A DNA stretch of 64,000 bases from contig NMRA01000057.1 of the NCBI GenBank assembly GCA_002633005.1, positions 597,296-661,295 on the forward strand, read 5' to 3'. The DNA is from Phoronis australis. Taxonomy: Eukaryota; Animalia; Phoronida. The notes beneath the pieces were generated by a model. It saw only the letters and a list, made by a program, of their open reading frames with translations, was not told the DNA's origin and did not search any database. Of this stretch, positions 1 to 12,850 are shown in pieces. The position numbers and the translations under genes are program-made. The stretch's first letter is position 1. Every line of letters begins with the position of its first letter.

Positions 1-837
1 AAACAAGTACCGGTATGTCTCTTAGTATGAAATTGTGAGTACACGGAAGCGTACTGGCGCAGTGGTAGAGCACGCACAGTCTAGCAGACAGCTCGTGAGA
101 TTAAGTGTGTGGCACTTACAAATTTTGCAGTTTTACACGTTCTCAGTGTTTTTTCATTTGATAATGCATAAATTAAGGAAAGTGCTTGTTTTTAGAGGCA
201 AAAACAAAATTTTACCCCTCATGAGAGGGGGATTTTTACCCCCCACCCCTCCCTATTCGACGCTATGCGCGGCCTCTGCCTCTGTTGGCGCCCGTTATCA
301 TATCTTAGATCCGCCACTGGCAGTCTAGTTAAATCAAATGAAAAGAGCGTGCTTTTACAACCTTAATCTGGCGTAAATCTCTTGTTGTGATCACCATTCC
401 CACTGCTCTCAATGTCACTCAACCAATACGCATCGTTTTGGTTTACAGTAACCCCTACAATAGTGTTCAAATAGAAGCAGTTCTATTTTGGTGGCTCATA
501 AAGGTTGTCCAAAAAGGAACAACTGGCAGTTAAAATTGCAGAGCAGAAATTAGATAAACACTTGTCTCAGAAAATGAGAGAAATACGAGAGATGATTTGA
601 AATGCGAATGTAAATCAAAACGTTCGGCTTAATATGGTAAAAATATGAACAAATGACTTCGGCCAACACTGTTCTCGACCCAGATTCGGTACAATTGCTA
701 TAGTTTTGAAAGCGAAGTCCACTTTGTGCTAAATCAAACAATGTTGCTATGTACAACCCCCATCTTTCTTGTTGTCCATGACCTTGACTTTTTGGATCCG
801 TCCTTTCTATCACGTGCCCGAGTTTCATATTGAAACC

Positions 838-990
838 TGCCTCCCGTTCAGTAACGCTAGGCCCTCGCTAAAAAGCAAGACTTCGCGAGATTACGTGAGA
901 TATTGCCGTGTATTTCAAATATGAACACGTGACTTTGAATAGGTTTTAGCTAGGTCCTAGCGTAGGTTCTAGCACTACTGAACGCACGCC
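838..990. mobile_element. MITE with CGTTCAGTAACGCTAG termini (further copies, inverted, at ~1849-1960 and ~17740-17860)
   Basis: CGTTCAGTAACGCTAG ... CTAGCACTACTGAACG; the shared core AAATACACGGCAATATCTCACGTAATCTCGCGAAGTC occurs three times in the window. Confidence 0.7.
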
Positions 991-1662
991 TGCGCTCGTC
1001 CTGAGCACTTTGAAACGTGTACACAGCATGCAGATTTGAAAGTTGTACTTCAAACACGTGACAAATGAAGATAAAAACGTTGCAGAAACTGAAGAAATGT
1101 CGAATGTTGTTATCGACTGACAATAACATGAAATGAACCAAACTTGGAAATAAAAATATTTGTTGTCCCGCGTTGCCCCCTAGATTATTTAAGTGACAGT
1201 CATGTGACACTATTATATAGTGTGCGACGAATTTCAGGGGATGGCGAGGAAAAGACGAATGGTTGCTGCCACCGATGGACAACCGTAACATAGTTCCTCG
1301 TGCGCATGACACTCAATAGTCACCACGTCTGGTATTTTTCCAAATATTTCTGTGATGTAGAAAAGAGATTGGCATACACGTACTGTGTTAACTGCATGGC
1401 CATGACTAGTGTAGGTTTTTGCTGACTAATTTCCGGACATACATGTACGCCACCACTGAATCGATTCGATTGCAAGTCCCGGCTGCGAGTCTGTCACACG
1501 CCCATTCGATCTGCACTCGAATATTCGCCAGTTTCCGCACGACAAGTGTATCGTGTACGTTACTGATTATTGTACTTCGTTGCGGAGAAGCACGTTCTCG
1601 ACGCAAAATTCACAAAGAATATGCAACAACTATAGAAACGTTCTCAGTGAGACATAACGTGG

Positions 1663-1797
1663 CACGGGCGGCGAAGCCCTGAAAAAAGTGGAAGGCTATT
1701 GCCCTCCAGTTCCCCTGTGGTGCACCGCCCATATACCATGGGCGGCGCAGCCCTGAAAAATTTGTAGGCTATAGCCCCCTATGGTGCGCCGCCCATG
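1663..1797. mobile_element. Two tandem mini-MITEs of the CATGGGCGGCGCA family
   Basis: CATGGGCGGCGCA ... TGCGCCGCCCATG terminal inverted repeats; same family at 17509 and 55410. Confidence 0.7.
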
Positions 1798-1961
1798 TGT
1801 GAGTGTGAAATACTGCAAAGTATGACTAGCAGCTGGAGGGGGTAATACTGGCGTGCGTTCAGTAACGCTAGGACCTAAGCTAGGACCTGGCTAAAATCTA
1901 GCTAAAGTCATGTGTTCTCACTTAAAATACACGGCAATATATCACGTAATCTCGCGAAGTC

Positions 1962-2117
1962 CAGTGCTGTAGTGGTAAAAGTAGAGGTAAGTAGGCGCCT
2001 AAAGCCCATCGTATCACCTTGAGCACTGAACGTAACTTACGGTGCGTAGGCGCTACGTTCAAATGCCAAAAGGTGGTTGGCTGCGCCTACGTGCGCCTAC
2101 GCCCCACTATAACACAG
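1962..2117. mobile_element. Small MITE-like element abutting the truncated 1849-1960 copy
   Basis: CAGTGCTGTAGTGG ... CCACTATAACACAG inverted ends, internal GTAGGCGC/GCGCCTAC repeats; no TSD seen. Confidence 0.5.
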
Positions 2118-5100
2118 CCGTTTAATCACACTTGAAAGGTCAGTTTTGAGTAAGCAGCTAACAGAGCTTCGTCGCTCGCTGCACTTGTTTGCGTGACCTT
2201 CCTGATAACCCCTCCGTCGTACTAATTAAGTTGCACATCGTATTGTGTCCTCTGTTGCTTTGTATAGAAATTATAGTGCATCATTTCATGTCTACTTGTG
2301 AAAAAATTTCGTGTGAGCTTTTACGTATGTCTCTTGGTTAGTTTGGAAACTAACGAAATAAAGATCACAAATAACGAAAAGTGTCGTGTGTTCAATGCAT
2401 TTTGCCTATACATATTCTGATATATACTTTTATGTGACGTATGTACACGATAACATCATAGCGAACATTGACTAATGTTCAATCAAATCCTGGGCTCATA
2501 TGCTACTTATTTTGATATCAAACCTTTCCAAATTGGAGTTGCAACCCACAGCACAGCAATAATACTTCGTGGGAATTTGAAAGATCGAGTAACGCAACAA
2601 AGAAAAACTTGTCAAGAATCAGACAACAACAGCTAGCGGTACGAAAACGGGTCACCAAATGTACCTGACGGATGTTTACGGCATTGTGGGTAAATACTGG
2701 GAGACTGGCGTGTCGTTGTACATGTATAATCCGGGACGGAACTATTGGGGCGAGTTTGCAGAAAAAAAGAGAAACTATTGTATGAAAATTAGAGTTCGAG
2801 TTCAGAGATCTGATGAGGAAGACAAAAGCTGTTGCTAAATGTCCAAACCAATAGCCTCCCAATTCGCTTGAGTTACCCGGTATAATTTAGTGCATACCAA
2901 CCTTTTCTTCCATAGTCATCTATTGAAGTTTTTCCGATTCCTAGAAAAAACAGATGTAGGTATGAATTTATGAAATCATTGAGTTTCATTTGACAGATAC
3001 AAGTACGATTGCTGACACCTGCTGTGCATTACAGCCGAATTTTCCCATGACGACCTATATAAAAGCGTCAATTTGACCACCTCATATCCAACTTTGTACA
3101 AACTACGTTGACAATTATTGGTGGAGTAATGGCACCCCCGTTAGTTAATCATTTCGACAAATTAGCGTTTGTGTTTGAGTAGAAAAGGAACTGTTTTCAA
3201 TGTTTAATAATCTATAAAACTGCAGTGCACGTATCAAAGTGGCACAGGATGCGAAAATTGCAGACTAGCTTGCATTATTCAAAGTGGTTCTCTACCACTG
3301 AAGCAGAAGTCAAACTGTTCACCACCTATTTTTACATTTTGTTTGCAAAGATTTTGAATTTCTGTTTATGTCAAAGCATTTTTCCTTAAACTTCAAATTA
3401 GAAAAAATTATCCGCCAACTGCTCGTCACTTCGTCGATTTGTCTCCCACAAGGCAAAGCCCGCCTCTTTATTTGGTATGGCAAGACAAAGACGTAGCACG
3501 TTCCCTTGTAGGTAAAATGTGAACTTTGCTGTAAACAAAAAACTTATTTACTTGGTAAATGTTTATTGGACAATACTTTTTAGCACATGCGCTCTTATAC
3601 ATTAGGCTCGGATAATTTAAAAACTGTATTGGGATGCTAGTGTTTATACGCCGTCTGTGGGTCAAACATAGTGAATCTGACTATTTCTTTTTTCTAGAAA
3701 TGCAATATTCGAAGTGAGTAACTCTAACTTTAGCATCCCTAATAAGTAGATTCGCCACGATCTGTTTAAAAGGTTTTTTCAACTTATCGCGTTCCATGCC
3801 TCTTTAAAGAACCATATGTAACGATGCACGACAAAGCTCTTTTAAGCCAGTGAACAGTATACATGAACACACGAACTGATATATCCAAGGGTTCCCCAGA
3901 ACAACGGAACCAATGAGTTCTATCACATAATAACACATTCCACCGTCCCCGATCAAACATTTCAGTGGCCGCCATTTTGCTTGGGCATGCTGTTAGGAAG
4001 CTTACTTGCGAAATAATGACAATTCACCGACTCGCATGTTTTTGCTTGACCTTGTGGTATTGATCTTGCTTTTTACTGGGAGCTTCCGTCTACGAAACAT
4101 AGCCCAGGTCTGTATGCACGCCTTTTTATACTATCATATTTTCTAAGTGAACTTCAGTATAATTCAATTGTGTCTGCCATTTTGTGAGTTCGCCACCAAA
4201 AATTAAAATAGATTTTAAAAGTCTAGTTTGAATTCTGTATATTTTGAAAAAAAATGCGGTGTTGAAAATACGTCATTTGTGAATACGTTTAGACGGAAGT
4301 TCGCTTCGTAAGGCTTTTAACGAAAATGAAATGAAAAATAATCTTTAACATAACGAACTAAATTTGAACTGAATGCTTGACAAAAAGAGTGCCTGATATC
4401 CCTGCAACTCATAGCGTATACTGCAGCACAGTTTGTGGTTTTGTTTTGTCTACTTTTCCTCATGTTATCTAAAATCGCTGCCCACTCACAACTTTGACCT
4501 ACCTATAAGTAATAACAAAAGATAACAATATTTGAAGTAGGATACACTCGTACTAATAGCTAAACGAAGACATTCCATCTTTGATGAAACTCATGTTTCC
4601 GGTTTACATTTTGTAAGCGATAACGATAATGATGATGATGACAATGACAATAACAATAAAAACAAATATACTAATAAATAAGAATAAGAAGAACAGTAAT
4701 TTATCTTTGGTTCAGTGGCAGATAACAAAGGCTGGTGATAAAGCGTAATTTTGCATAAGTCGATTAGATACTCCAACATTAAAAATAGATTGATCGGCTT
4801 ACATGATGATAGTTGTGGTAATACCTTGTTTGAGTGACTTCATGATTTATGTTCAAAATAAATCCAAAGTAAGTTTGCAGGTTCACCGACTGACAAGTGC
4901 GCGAAAGTCGGTCCGCTCCCAACCCTCTAAGCGACCGCTCTTTCCACAAGCGTTCCCATAAAGAGCGTTCCTTCCTCATAATTTGTTTCTTTTCTCATGA
5001 GCTCGAACAAAATTGAGCGACCTTTATTCAAGCTTACAAATCTGGAGAAAAGAATTGAATTCACGAGAAAAGAAGGGTTGTCAATTTCTGGCCAATTCGA

Positions 5101-5509
5101 TTCGTGAATAGGCTCAGCTATTTATCATAGACAAATACATTCGAATTGCCAATATTTTGTCTCTCTACTCAGCGAGCAAATTATCCGCAACGGGTCCCAG
5201 CTGGAGGTTGTCTGTCAAGTGATTTGGATTATGAGATTACGGTTCAATTTCTCAAGTTTTTTGTGCTTCTCAGAAATTAAGAACCGCGTGTACGTATTTA
5301 CCCATCATTACAAAAGTCAACGCGCTGTAGGAGGGTGCAAAAATTGCATAACTTTACATAAGTCCGTGGTATGGTGACAAGTTACCTAATATTCCTAAAT
5401 CAACGTAGTCGAGGTCATGGGCCGGGATGTCGAGGGTGTACAAACACGTATACTCAACATATAATCTACAGCCTGCAGCTTACGCTGATATTCTCACCAG
5501 CAACATCAG

Positions 5510-5660
5510 CAGTGGCAGATTTAGAGGGGAGCCAAGCCCCCCACCCCCTAAAATTATCCCAGATTCCATTTGGCAGGTACGTGGTGCGAATGTCTGACGG
5601 GCAAAATCCTGGCTAATGCTCTGCCCTACCCCCTAACTCAAGATCCTAGATCCGCCCTTG
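5510..5660. mobile_element. MITE of the CAGTGGCGGATCTAG family
   Basis: CAGTGGCAGATTTAG ... CTAGATCCGCCCTTG, 5-bp TSD ATCAG; a lone right end TTAGATCCGCCACTG also occurs at ~305-319. Confidence 0.65.
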
Positions 5661-8600
5661 ATCAGCGCAGCCTCACCGCCCCCACAATCCATTATCACCA
5701 TTAATGTACGTCATTATCCTAATCTCAATAGTCATCGTTATCATTTTTCTTGTGCTAAAAGCATACTCTAATATAGCGGGCGTACTTAAAAAGAAATTAA
5801 TGACTTTCATACAACCCCCCTCTTCTATTGAATCCGTGTTCGAGTAAACTATTTTCAAGTCTCAGCACTAATAAGCCAGGTGAATTAAAAATGATTCAAA
5901 TTGAAACCAATTGCTGAATGTTCTGGGATGAAGGTTGTTCATTTTACGACCCGTGCTGCCCGTAGGAGAATAATGTTCACAAAGCCGAACTAAGAATGTC
6001 ACGAATATTGAAATTCAGGTGAATGTGATTTTTTTTCTACCAAAATAGTAAATTTCCTTACAAGCCCCATCAGAAGTACATTTTTAACACGATAGTCAAG
6101 TCAGTAAATACATATGTCACAATACCTCACCGGACGAGAACTGATGTGTTCAATGGACGCTTCGCTGGATTGTTTTGTCACCAGTACTATCAGGGTTTGC
6201 ACCGTATCAAACTGAACTTTAAACTGACTTGTAGAAGAAAGTCGAAATCCCAGATCAACTATTGGCGTCAGTACATGAATCCAAAGCAAGCCGTCTATTA
6301 ATTGCAATCCCAACTTCATCAATCTGAATTAAGCTTCATCATTCACACGTATTCACTTCGGAATTCCCTGTTTACATTATAAACGGGACACCCAGGCTAG
6401 GCACCCAGGGGCTAAGCACAACGGTTCACCTATTGGCTGTCAATTTTCTACAAGTTTATTTAAGCTTTAAAGTAAACTCGCTTTCTCTTCAACCAGTTTA
6501 TAGGTCAAGACGAATTTTATTGGAATAATTGTTATTTGTCCCCTCTAATCATACACACAAATGACACTCTTCAAAATTATGTTTGCAACGATGGCGCACG
6601 ACGCTTCTGTTTTTATGAATTAAGTATTGCGCATCATCGTCGGAAAGTCACTTAGTTGGGACAAAGATACTATAAAATCTTTGGTTGAGAGCAACACATT
6701 ATCATACTTCACCTTACAAATGAAATGTCCGTTGACTTGACACAAATTGACCCTTGTTTAGCTCGCTGTCGTAGCACTCTCCTCTTTGAACAAGATTTGC
6801 TCAAAACACCACACAGGCTGGTTACTAATCACTGCAACCACACTTCGAGGATTCACGCCCGCGTACGCGACCAAATGTGACTGTGGGAGCCTGGATCGCT
6901 TATTTACCTGAGCGGGGTCTTGACCCTTTGGGTCATAGGTCAACGGGTTGACAAAGCGACGGCAATGAAGGGCAGACTACCTGGTTGTCCGCTTTGCGAT
7001 GTGCTTCGCGGCGAATCGCAGTACCCGGAAATGACAAAAATTCGGTATCAGTTTTGTCTGCTTTTGGAAAATCTCATTTTTCCAGAGTGAGGTATTTTAC
7101 AAAGGCCTACTCAGAAAAATTCCATAGCCTAGTACAATACAAGAACACCATTCATCACAAACAGCAGGGACAGACAAGTACGCCTGAGAATTAAAAATGT
7201 CGGTGTATTTGTGCCAAGATTTACGTTTTTAGTTTTACAGACGTAAGTCAAAATCAACTCGTTTTCCGCACTGGGGCCATTGAAATGCGTCTTACGTTTG
7301 GTGAATAGTAGTTGATGTGAACCGAACTATGGGCTACAGTGGTTGTCTCGTGATGGCAGCTTGAAACCGTGCCAAACTACTATGCGCACGTCTGCTTTCG
7401 TAAACAATTTTAACCCCGGAAAACACAGCATAGGTGGGATACACCGGCGTGGCAGACTCTTTCAACAATTGCGTTTTTCAACTGTTCCAAATTCCTAACA
7501 TACCTGTGGTTTCTGAAATGCGATGGATGTGTTTTAAGCGTGACCTTGAGAGAAAGAGAGAGTTAAAATATTTATTCAAAACCGTGATACATACTCGTGT
7601 AACATGTAAAGAAAACTACGACACTGGTGGTTCTACATGTAGGTAGCCCCTGGTACACGGGCACAAAATTGCTGAAATCAGAGACCTAATACACTACACG
7701 TCAATCAAGTCAGATATGGACATGGCTCAAAATAAGGTAAAAAAATAGAGGCAAGATAAAAAAGTAATTAAAACGAAAGAAACGAGACATTACACATCTA
7801 TAAAAATTACAAAAACTAAAGGCAGATTTTGATTTTTAAGGCACAGAACTAATGTTTGTTTCGTTTTAAACTATATATTCAAACGAACCGGAACGATAGT
7901 TCAAGTTAGTCAAAATAAGTCGTGTTGAGTAAAAACATATTCAAATGGCGGACGAATGGACAAGAGGAATATATAACACCTAGCATACATTGATGTGCAA
8001 ACATGGACATCGAAATTGAACATATCTATTATTAAAAGTAAGTAGCACATAATAATGTAAACGTTCTATTTTCCACAGTTGAGTGCAATTAGGTCAAGTA
8101 ATTTGTTTCATGCTTTCGAAGTTATATGTATTGAGTGTGTGTGAAATTTAATCATAATATCTTTTTGGGGGAAAACACTTTTGCATACATGAATAATGCG
8201 AGGTTCGTGCGGGTGCATTTTGTCCTGTTGATTATTGTAGTTACTACCTGGCGTAAATTTGTGACGTGCATAACTAAAGTGTTCTATTTCCGAGCTCTAG
8301 TTGCTGTTCTTTTGTTTGAGACGGTCTTTTGTTATTGCTGGACAGCCCAAAAATTGAAACATCACGTCAACAAGACATTAGATTCAGAAATTTTATGGGC
8401 CACTGGTTATGTTGGTTACAATTTTGACCCCAGCAAGTATTTGCATATATGGGATGGGACAAAGTAAGTGATTTGTATTTCAAAATTAGAATGACGGTAA
8501 TTTGCAGAAACGGAACTTAATAGGCTTTGATAAGATTCTTCATGTTTTCTTTCTATCTTTTTGATATTTTGTGAACGTGTTTGTTCCTAGTGAAGTTTTT

Positions 8601-9189
8601 GTCAGCGTATTCTGGGAATTTTGAAGGTAGTATCATAGGTGATTGTTGTTTGTTAATTTTGAGGTATTTTCGTTTTTAGTGTTTCAGTAGATGACTATAA
8701 AGTGTGCATTTGGTTTAGGAAGAGCTTAAGGCTAGTTTGTTCACCTTGTAGTTTATTCCTTCCGTATTACCCTCTTCTATTTGGCTGGATGTTTCTGAAC
8801 GATACGAAACCCAGATCAGGTGAATCTAAACAAGGTGCTTCTGCTGTCTGTGCAATTAGCAGCAGAGGCTGGGTCGAGATTACGCCAACCCTGGACGTAT
8901 TCACCCTACATCCCCCATGTCTCGCACTACGCAAGTCCGCATAATATTTGCTGTTCAAGTTTGTTTTAGGAGACACATTTGCTCACTCAACTACACCATA
9001 GGTTCCATCTTGGCGTGTTGTTTTCGTTATAATTGTATTAGTAGTCAAGTAGCCTTGTTACCACAGAGTACCTCTATGAAATTCTTGGTATTGTATTTTT
9101 TTATTGTTTTATAATGAGGTCGCCCCTTAAAGCATTTTAGCGGGTTTGTAACCATGCCAAACTGGAATATCTTTTAAATATGTAAATTA

Positions 9190-11170
9190 AGGTCGGTATT
9201 ATGCAAAACTCTGTTTTCCTTGTAATTTCCTCGCCAAGCACATCAGATTATTTAGAAGTCTTTACTTATGTTTCTAGTTTGCATGTGAATAAATCGTGAA
9301 TTGGCATAATTTATGCAAATTGAGGAAACAGTAGTTTAAAAATTGTCTGGCTACCAAGCACCACAGGTAAATTTTATCAATATTTAGTTTGCACCCGTGT
9401 TTCTATGGTCAATTATTTTACTGAGATCAGTTTGCAAGCTGTTGTATGATAAGTTTGCATAATTTATGCAAATAATTACCACCATTATTCAAAATCATTT
9501 TGATACTTGCGCCCGCGTTTGCGAGGTCAATGAATTTAATGAAATCAATTTGAAGGTCATTACGTCATAAATTGCATAAATTGACACGACTTATAACTAA
9601 TGCAAATATAGGTCAACTGACAGCATTGCAGCTTGAATTTTTAATAACATTTATTGTTATGTTGATTTTAAAATTTCAAAGAAGACAATGTCAGTGGGTG
9701 GTGGTGAACTCTACAAGTGAATTTTTTTTATTCTACCGTTTTTCTGTGCAAACCAAAACTTCGACACTATATATAAAACTACTAGTTTACAAGATCGTTT
9801 TCATTCGGACAGCATTTGTATATGCCTTGTGTAAATCTGTACAAAATGCTGAGATGTTTTTAACTTTATAATGTAATATAATGCAAAATCTGTAAAATAC
9901 GTTTCCAAGCAATACTTCAAAAATTTTCTATGTGCTGTTGAATTAACCTGCAATTTTACCTGTTTTTAATTAATTTACAGTTCACACATGTTTTAACAAG
10001 ATTACGCGCAATCTAGTACATGTATGGGCTACCAAAGGTTATTTTATAACACAATGCGCTACATTTTTGGTTCACTTTTAGGTCCATAGCCTCAAAACAG
10101 TTACGTAATACCGTAAAAATGTTGTGTTGGCATTCCACTTGCCAATTGCACCGCTTTCGATAGGACTGATTCGCTGAAGCTTTGTTCCGGAAATGGCGAA
10201 CACGCGCCATTTTCTTTTTCTGGTAATGGAAATAGAGTCCTTTCAGACAGTGAAACGCTTAATTTAAGTTTCGTTTTTAGCCAGCTAAACATGGTGAGAT
10301 TTAAAATTCAAGTTCTAACACTGGTTATGACCGTTTTATGAAAATTGAGACTGACATCATGACAGTATGACTGCCAGCCAACATAACATATATGGCATCT
10401 GTAGATTTTTATGTTAACTTTAGAGGGCAACTTTCCCGCAAACAAATGATTGCTGAACAGACAAAAAGTGACGTTTTAAATATGCCGGGTTGTGTATCAC
10501 AAGTGATTGGTTTTGGACATTTTCCAAGCTGCAAGTTTTTAAAATTTGTTAAGCTTGATGCCATAGTTGTAAAGGTGTATGATCTTAGTGTCTTCCCTGA
10601 GAGGTAACTCATAACCCATGCTAGCAGCACATCTCTCAAAATGATTTCAGATCTTGTTCTGGTGGCACAACATGCAACGGTCTCTCATCCTTAATCAGTC
10701 CATCCAGAGTCACACGTAACACAAAGACGATGAGTCAAACTACTCTTGGTGGTGACAATTTACATGAATTTATGCTGTAATGACCTGCAAACTGGCTTCA
10801 TTAAATGCATTGCCTACAACATCATGGGTGCAAATATCAAAATAATCTTAGGTAGTTATGAGCAGAGAAGTTTAAATAATAGCGGCCTTTATTTGCATGA
10901 ACTATGCAAATGTATCATCTAATAACATGTGAACTCGTTGAATTAGATTAATTACCAACAGAGCCATGGATGCACATATCAATATAATTTACAAGTGGTG
11001 TCCTATACCACAACAATGAGCACAAACATCATAATGCTCTATAATGGCTGCGTTAATCTGCACAATTTATGCAAATTCTTGATGTATGTACCGTTGAAAT
11101 TGCTCCATTAAATTCACTGACTGCAGAAATATGGGAGCAAATATCAATATAATTTACCTCTGGTGCCTAA
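9190..11170. mobile_element. Foldback-like element: inverted arms (~9200-9590 and ~10755-11170) built of diverged subrepeats
   Basis: The reverse complement of 10754-10850 aligns with 9490-9585, and that of 11080-11170 with 9355-9440; repeated AATTTATGCAAAT motifs. Confidence 0.55.
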
Positions 11171-12640
11171 AATTGTTCAAATTTCTTACAGATAAACCTT
11201 TGAACATAATCGACAAATGTGCAAAATTTCAAAGAGATCTGTGTCCAATTGGGCAAGTACTGTCAAATTAAAAACAAGAGGACAAAATTACATTATCAAA
11301 AGGAAGCTCGCTTATTTTAATCTATGCTCATCTTCTCATCTTCCTCCATGACTAAACGGAGCCGTTTCTACCAACCAGAAATACTTTTCCGTATTTCTTC
11401 CATCGAGATTTCCTTCCATGACATAGCTATCTCGTCTTTTAACTCCTGCTCAGTAAATTTGTCTCTCATTCCATTGTAAACCTTCTCCTTAGAGAGTCTC
11501 ACATGGCCTAGTTCTTTGGATTGCAGTAAGGACTGAGCGGAGGCCACTTCTCTTTTTGGATGAATTTTGTCGTGGCCTCCTCCAGATAAGCCTGCGTTAT
11601 CTTGCTCGTGTGTGAAGGAGCCCCATCGTGCTGAAACACGCACTAATTGTTTTCAGGATGAAGTCGCCTGCAATCCGGGAGAAGATTTTCATCCAATAAC
11701 TGCATGTAGCATTGACTGTTAACTTTGGCTCTATCAGTGTCAATAAATGAAAATTTGTTTTTCATTCCCATGATACTCCAGCGGAAAGCATTACTTTTTT
11801 GGAAAACCTGGAAGTTTTATGAATGAGTCGAGAAGGCTGAACTTTTCGTTTTTGTTTCCAATAAACACGTCGATCGTTTTGCCGATTTTTAGGATTTCTA
11901 GCATAAAGTCCTTTTCATTAGTGAAAATGATTCAGTGACGTAATAGCGGTCATGAACGTATCGAATTTTTCTTTTCTTTCTATTGTTTTGATCTCTCCGT
12001 GATACCCACGTTCTTTTAAAGGGGTTTGGCTCCAGTTTTCTGGTCATACTTTGCACAGAAGACTTGCTCACTTGTAAATCGCTTGTGACTTCTCTCAGAG
12101 ATTTGTGATTCCCCAGGTTGTCCTCCTGGGATTGGATCAATTCAACACGATCCTCGTTTTCTTTCGAACATAAGGTTTTTGATCTCCCACTGCCACTTTT
12201 ACGCGCAACAGACCCTGTGTTGCCTATTTTAGCAATAAGTCTATTTACAGTGGTACGACTCCATCCTTTTCTTGGGAACTCCCTTACTATTCTTCTAACA
12301 CCCCACCGTTTCTTCTTTGAACAGGTTTCAATAATAGATTGATCACTTTCACTCAAAGGCACAGATCTGATAATAAAAACACAAAAGACTTGAGACCCAG
12401 AAGGGCATTTTGACAGATGCCAGCACAGCATAAACACGATGAAAGTCACAGTGATATTGCAGTTTTCACCTTGCTGTTTTGAATTTCACAGTTTTTCCAT
12501 GATTTTTATATTTCTCTTAAATACTTTTTAGATTTGTTGATGACACCCTGAAGATACACTGTGAAAAGTTTGAACGAATTCGACTGGTCAATTGTTAAGA
12601 AATTACTTGTTAAAAGTGGCTCACTTTTTTGGGACACCTA
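11170..12640 (-). mobile_element. Degenerate Tc1/mariner transposon, DD37D (maT)-type, with pseudogenised transposase
   Basis: HTH region WGVRRIVREFPRKGWSRTTVNRLIAKI..TGSVARKSGSGR; in other frames IIFTNEKDF, FQHDGAPSHTSKITQAYL and KWPPLSPYCNPKN*AM*DSL (37 residues between the 2nd and 3rd catalytic positions); TIR-like GGTGTCCCAAAAAAGTGAGCCACTTTT ending near 12638; frameshifts and stops; left end unclear. Confidence 0.88.
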
Positions 12641-12685
12641 ATAAATACTTTTTCATACTTGACAACTTATCGATAATAAACAAAC

Positions 12686-12850
12686 GATACTGTTCTGTGT
12701 TTAGCCAATTTTACATCTGTAAACAGACGACACTGTCCTGTGTGTAGCCAATTTTACATCTGTAAACAGACGACACTGTCCTGTTTTTAGCCAAGACTTC
12801 ATCTGTAAACAGACGACACTGTTCTGTGTTTAGACAGATGACACTGTTAT
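12686..12850. repeat. 43-bp minisatellite, ~3.5 copies
   Basis: Unit GACACTGTCCTGTGTGTAGCCAATTTTACATCTGTAAACAGAC. Confidence 0.9.

Noticed and set aside
52-115. tRNA-like A box TGGCGCAGTGGTAGAGCAC
   Set aside because: No B box (GTTCRA) or cloverleaf follows; at most a decayed SINE head.
2659-2838. 59-aa plus-strand ORF MYLTDVYGIVGKYWETG...KSCC and the overlapping 114-aa minus ORF
   Set aside because: No recognisable family motif and no convincing set of companion exons.
4078-4303. Weak inverted repeat GGGAGCTTCCGTCTA / TAGACGGAAGTTCGC
   Set aside because: Short, imperfect, no TSD and no second copy in the window; too weak to call a MITE.
12686-12850. Short regular repeats (also 59211-59309 and 53120-53420) as a CRISPR-like array
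   Set aside because: Head-to-tail units without unique spacers, eukaryotic context, no cas genes.
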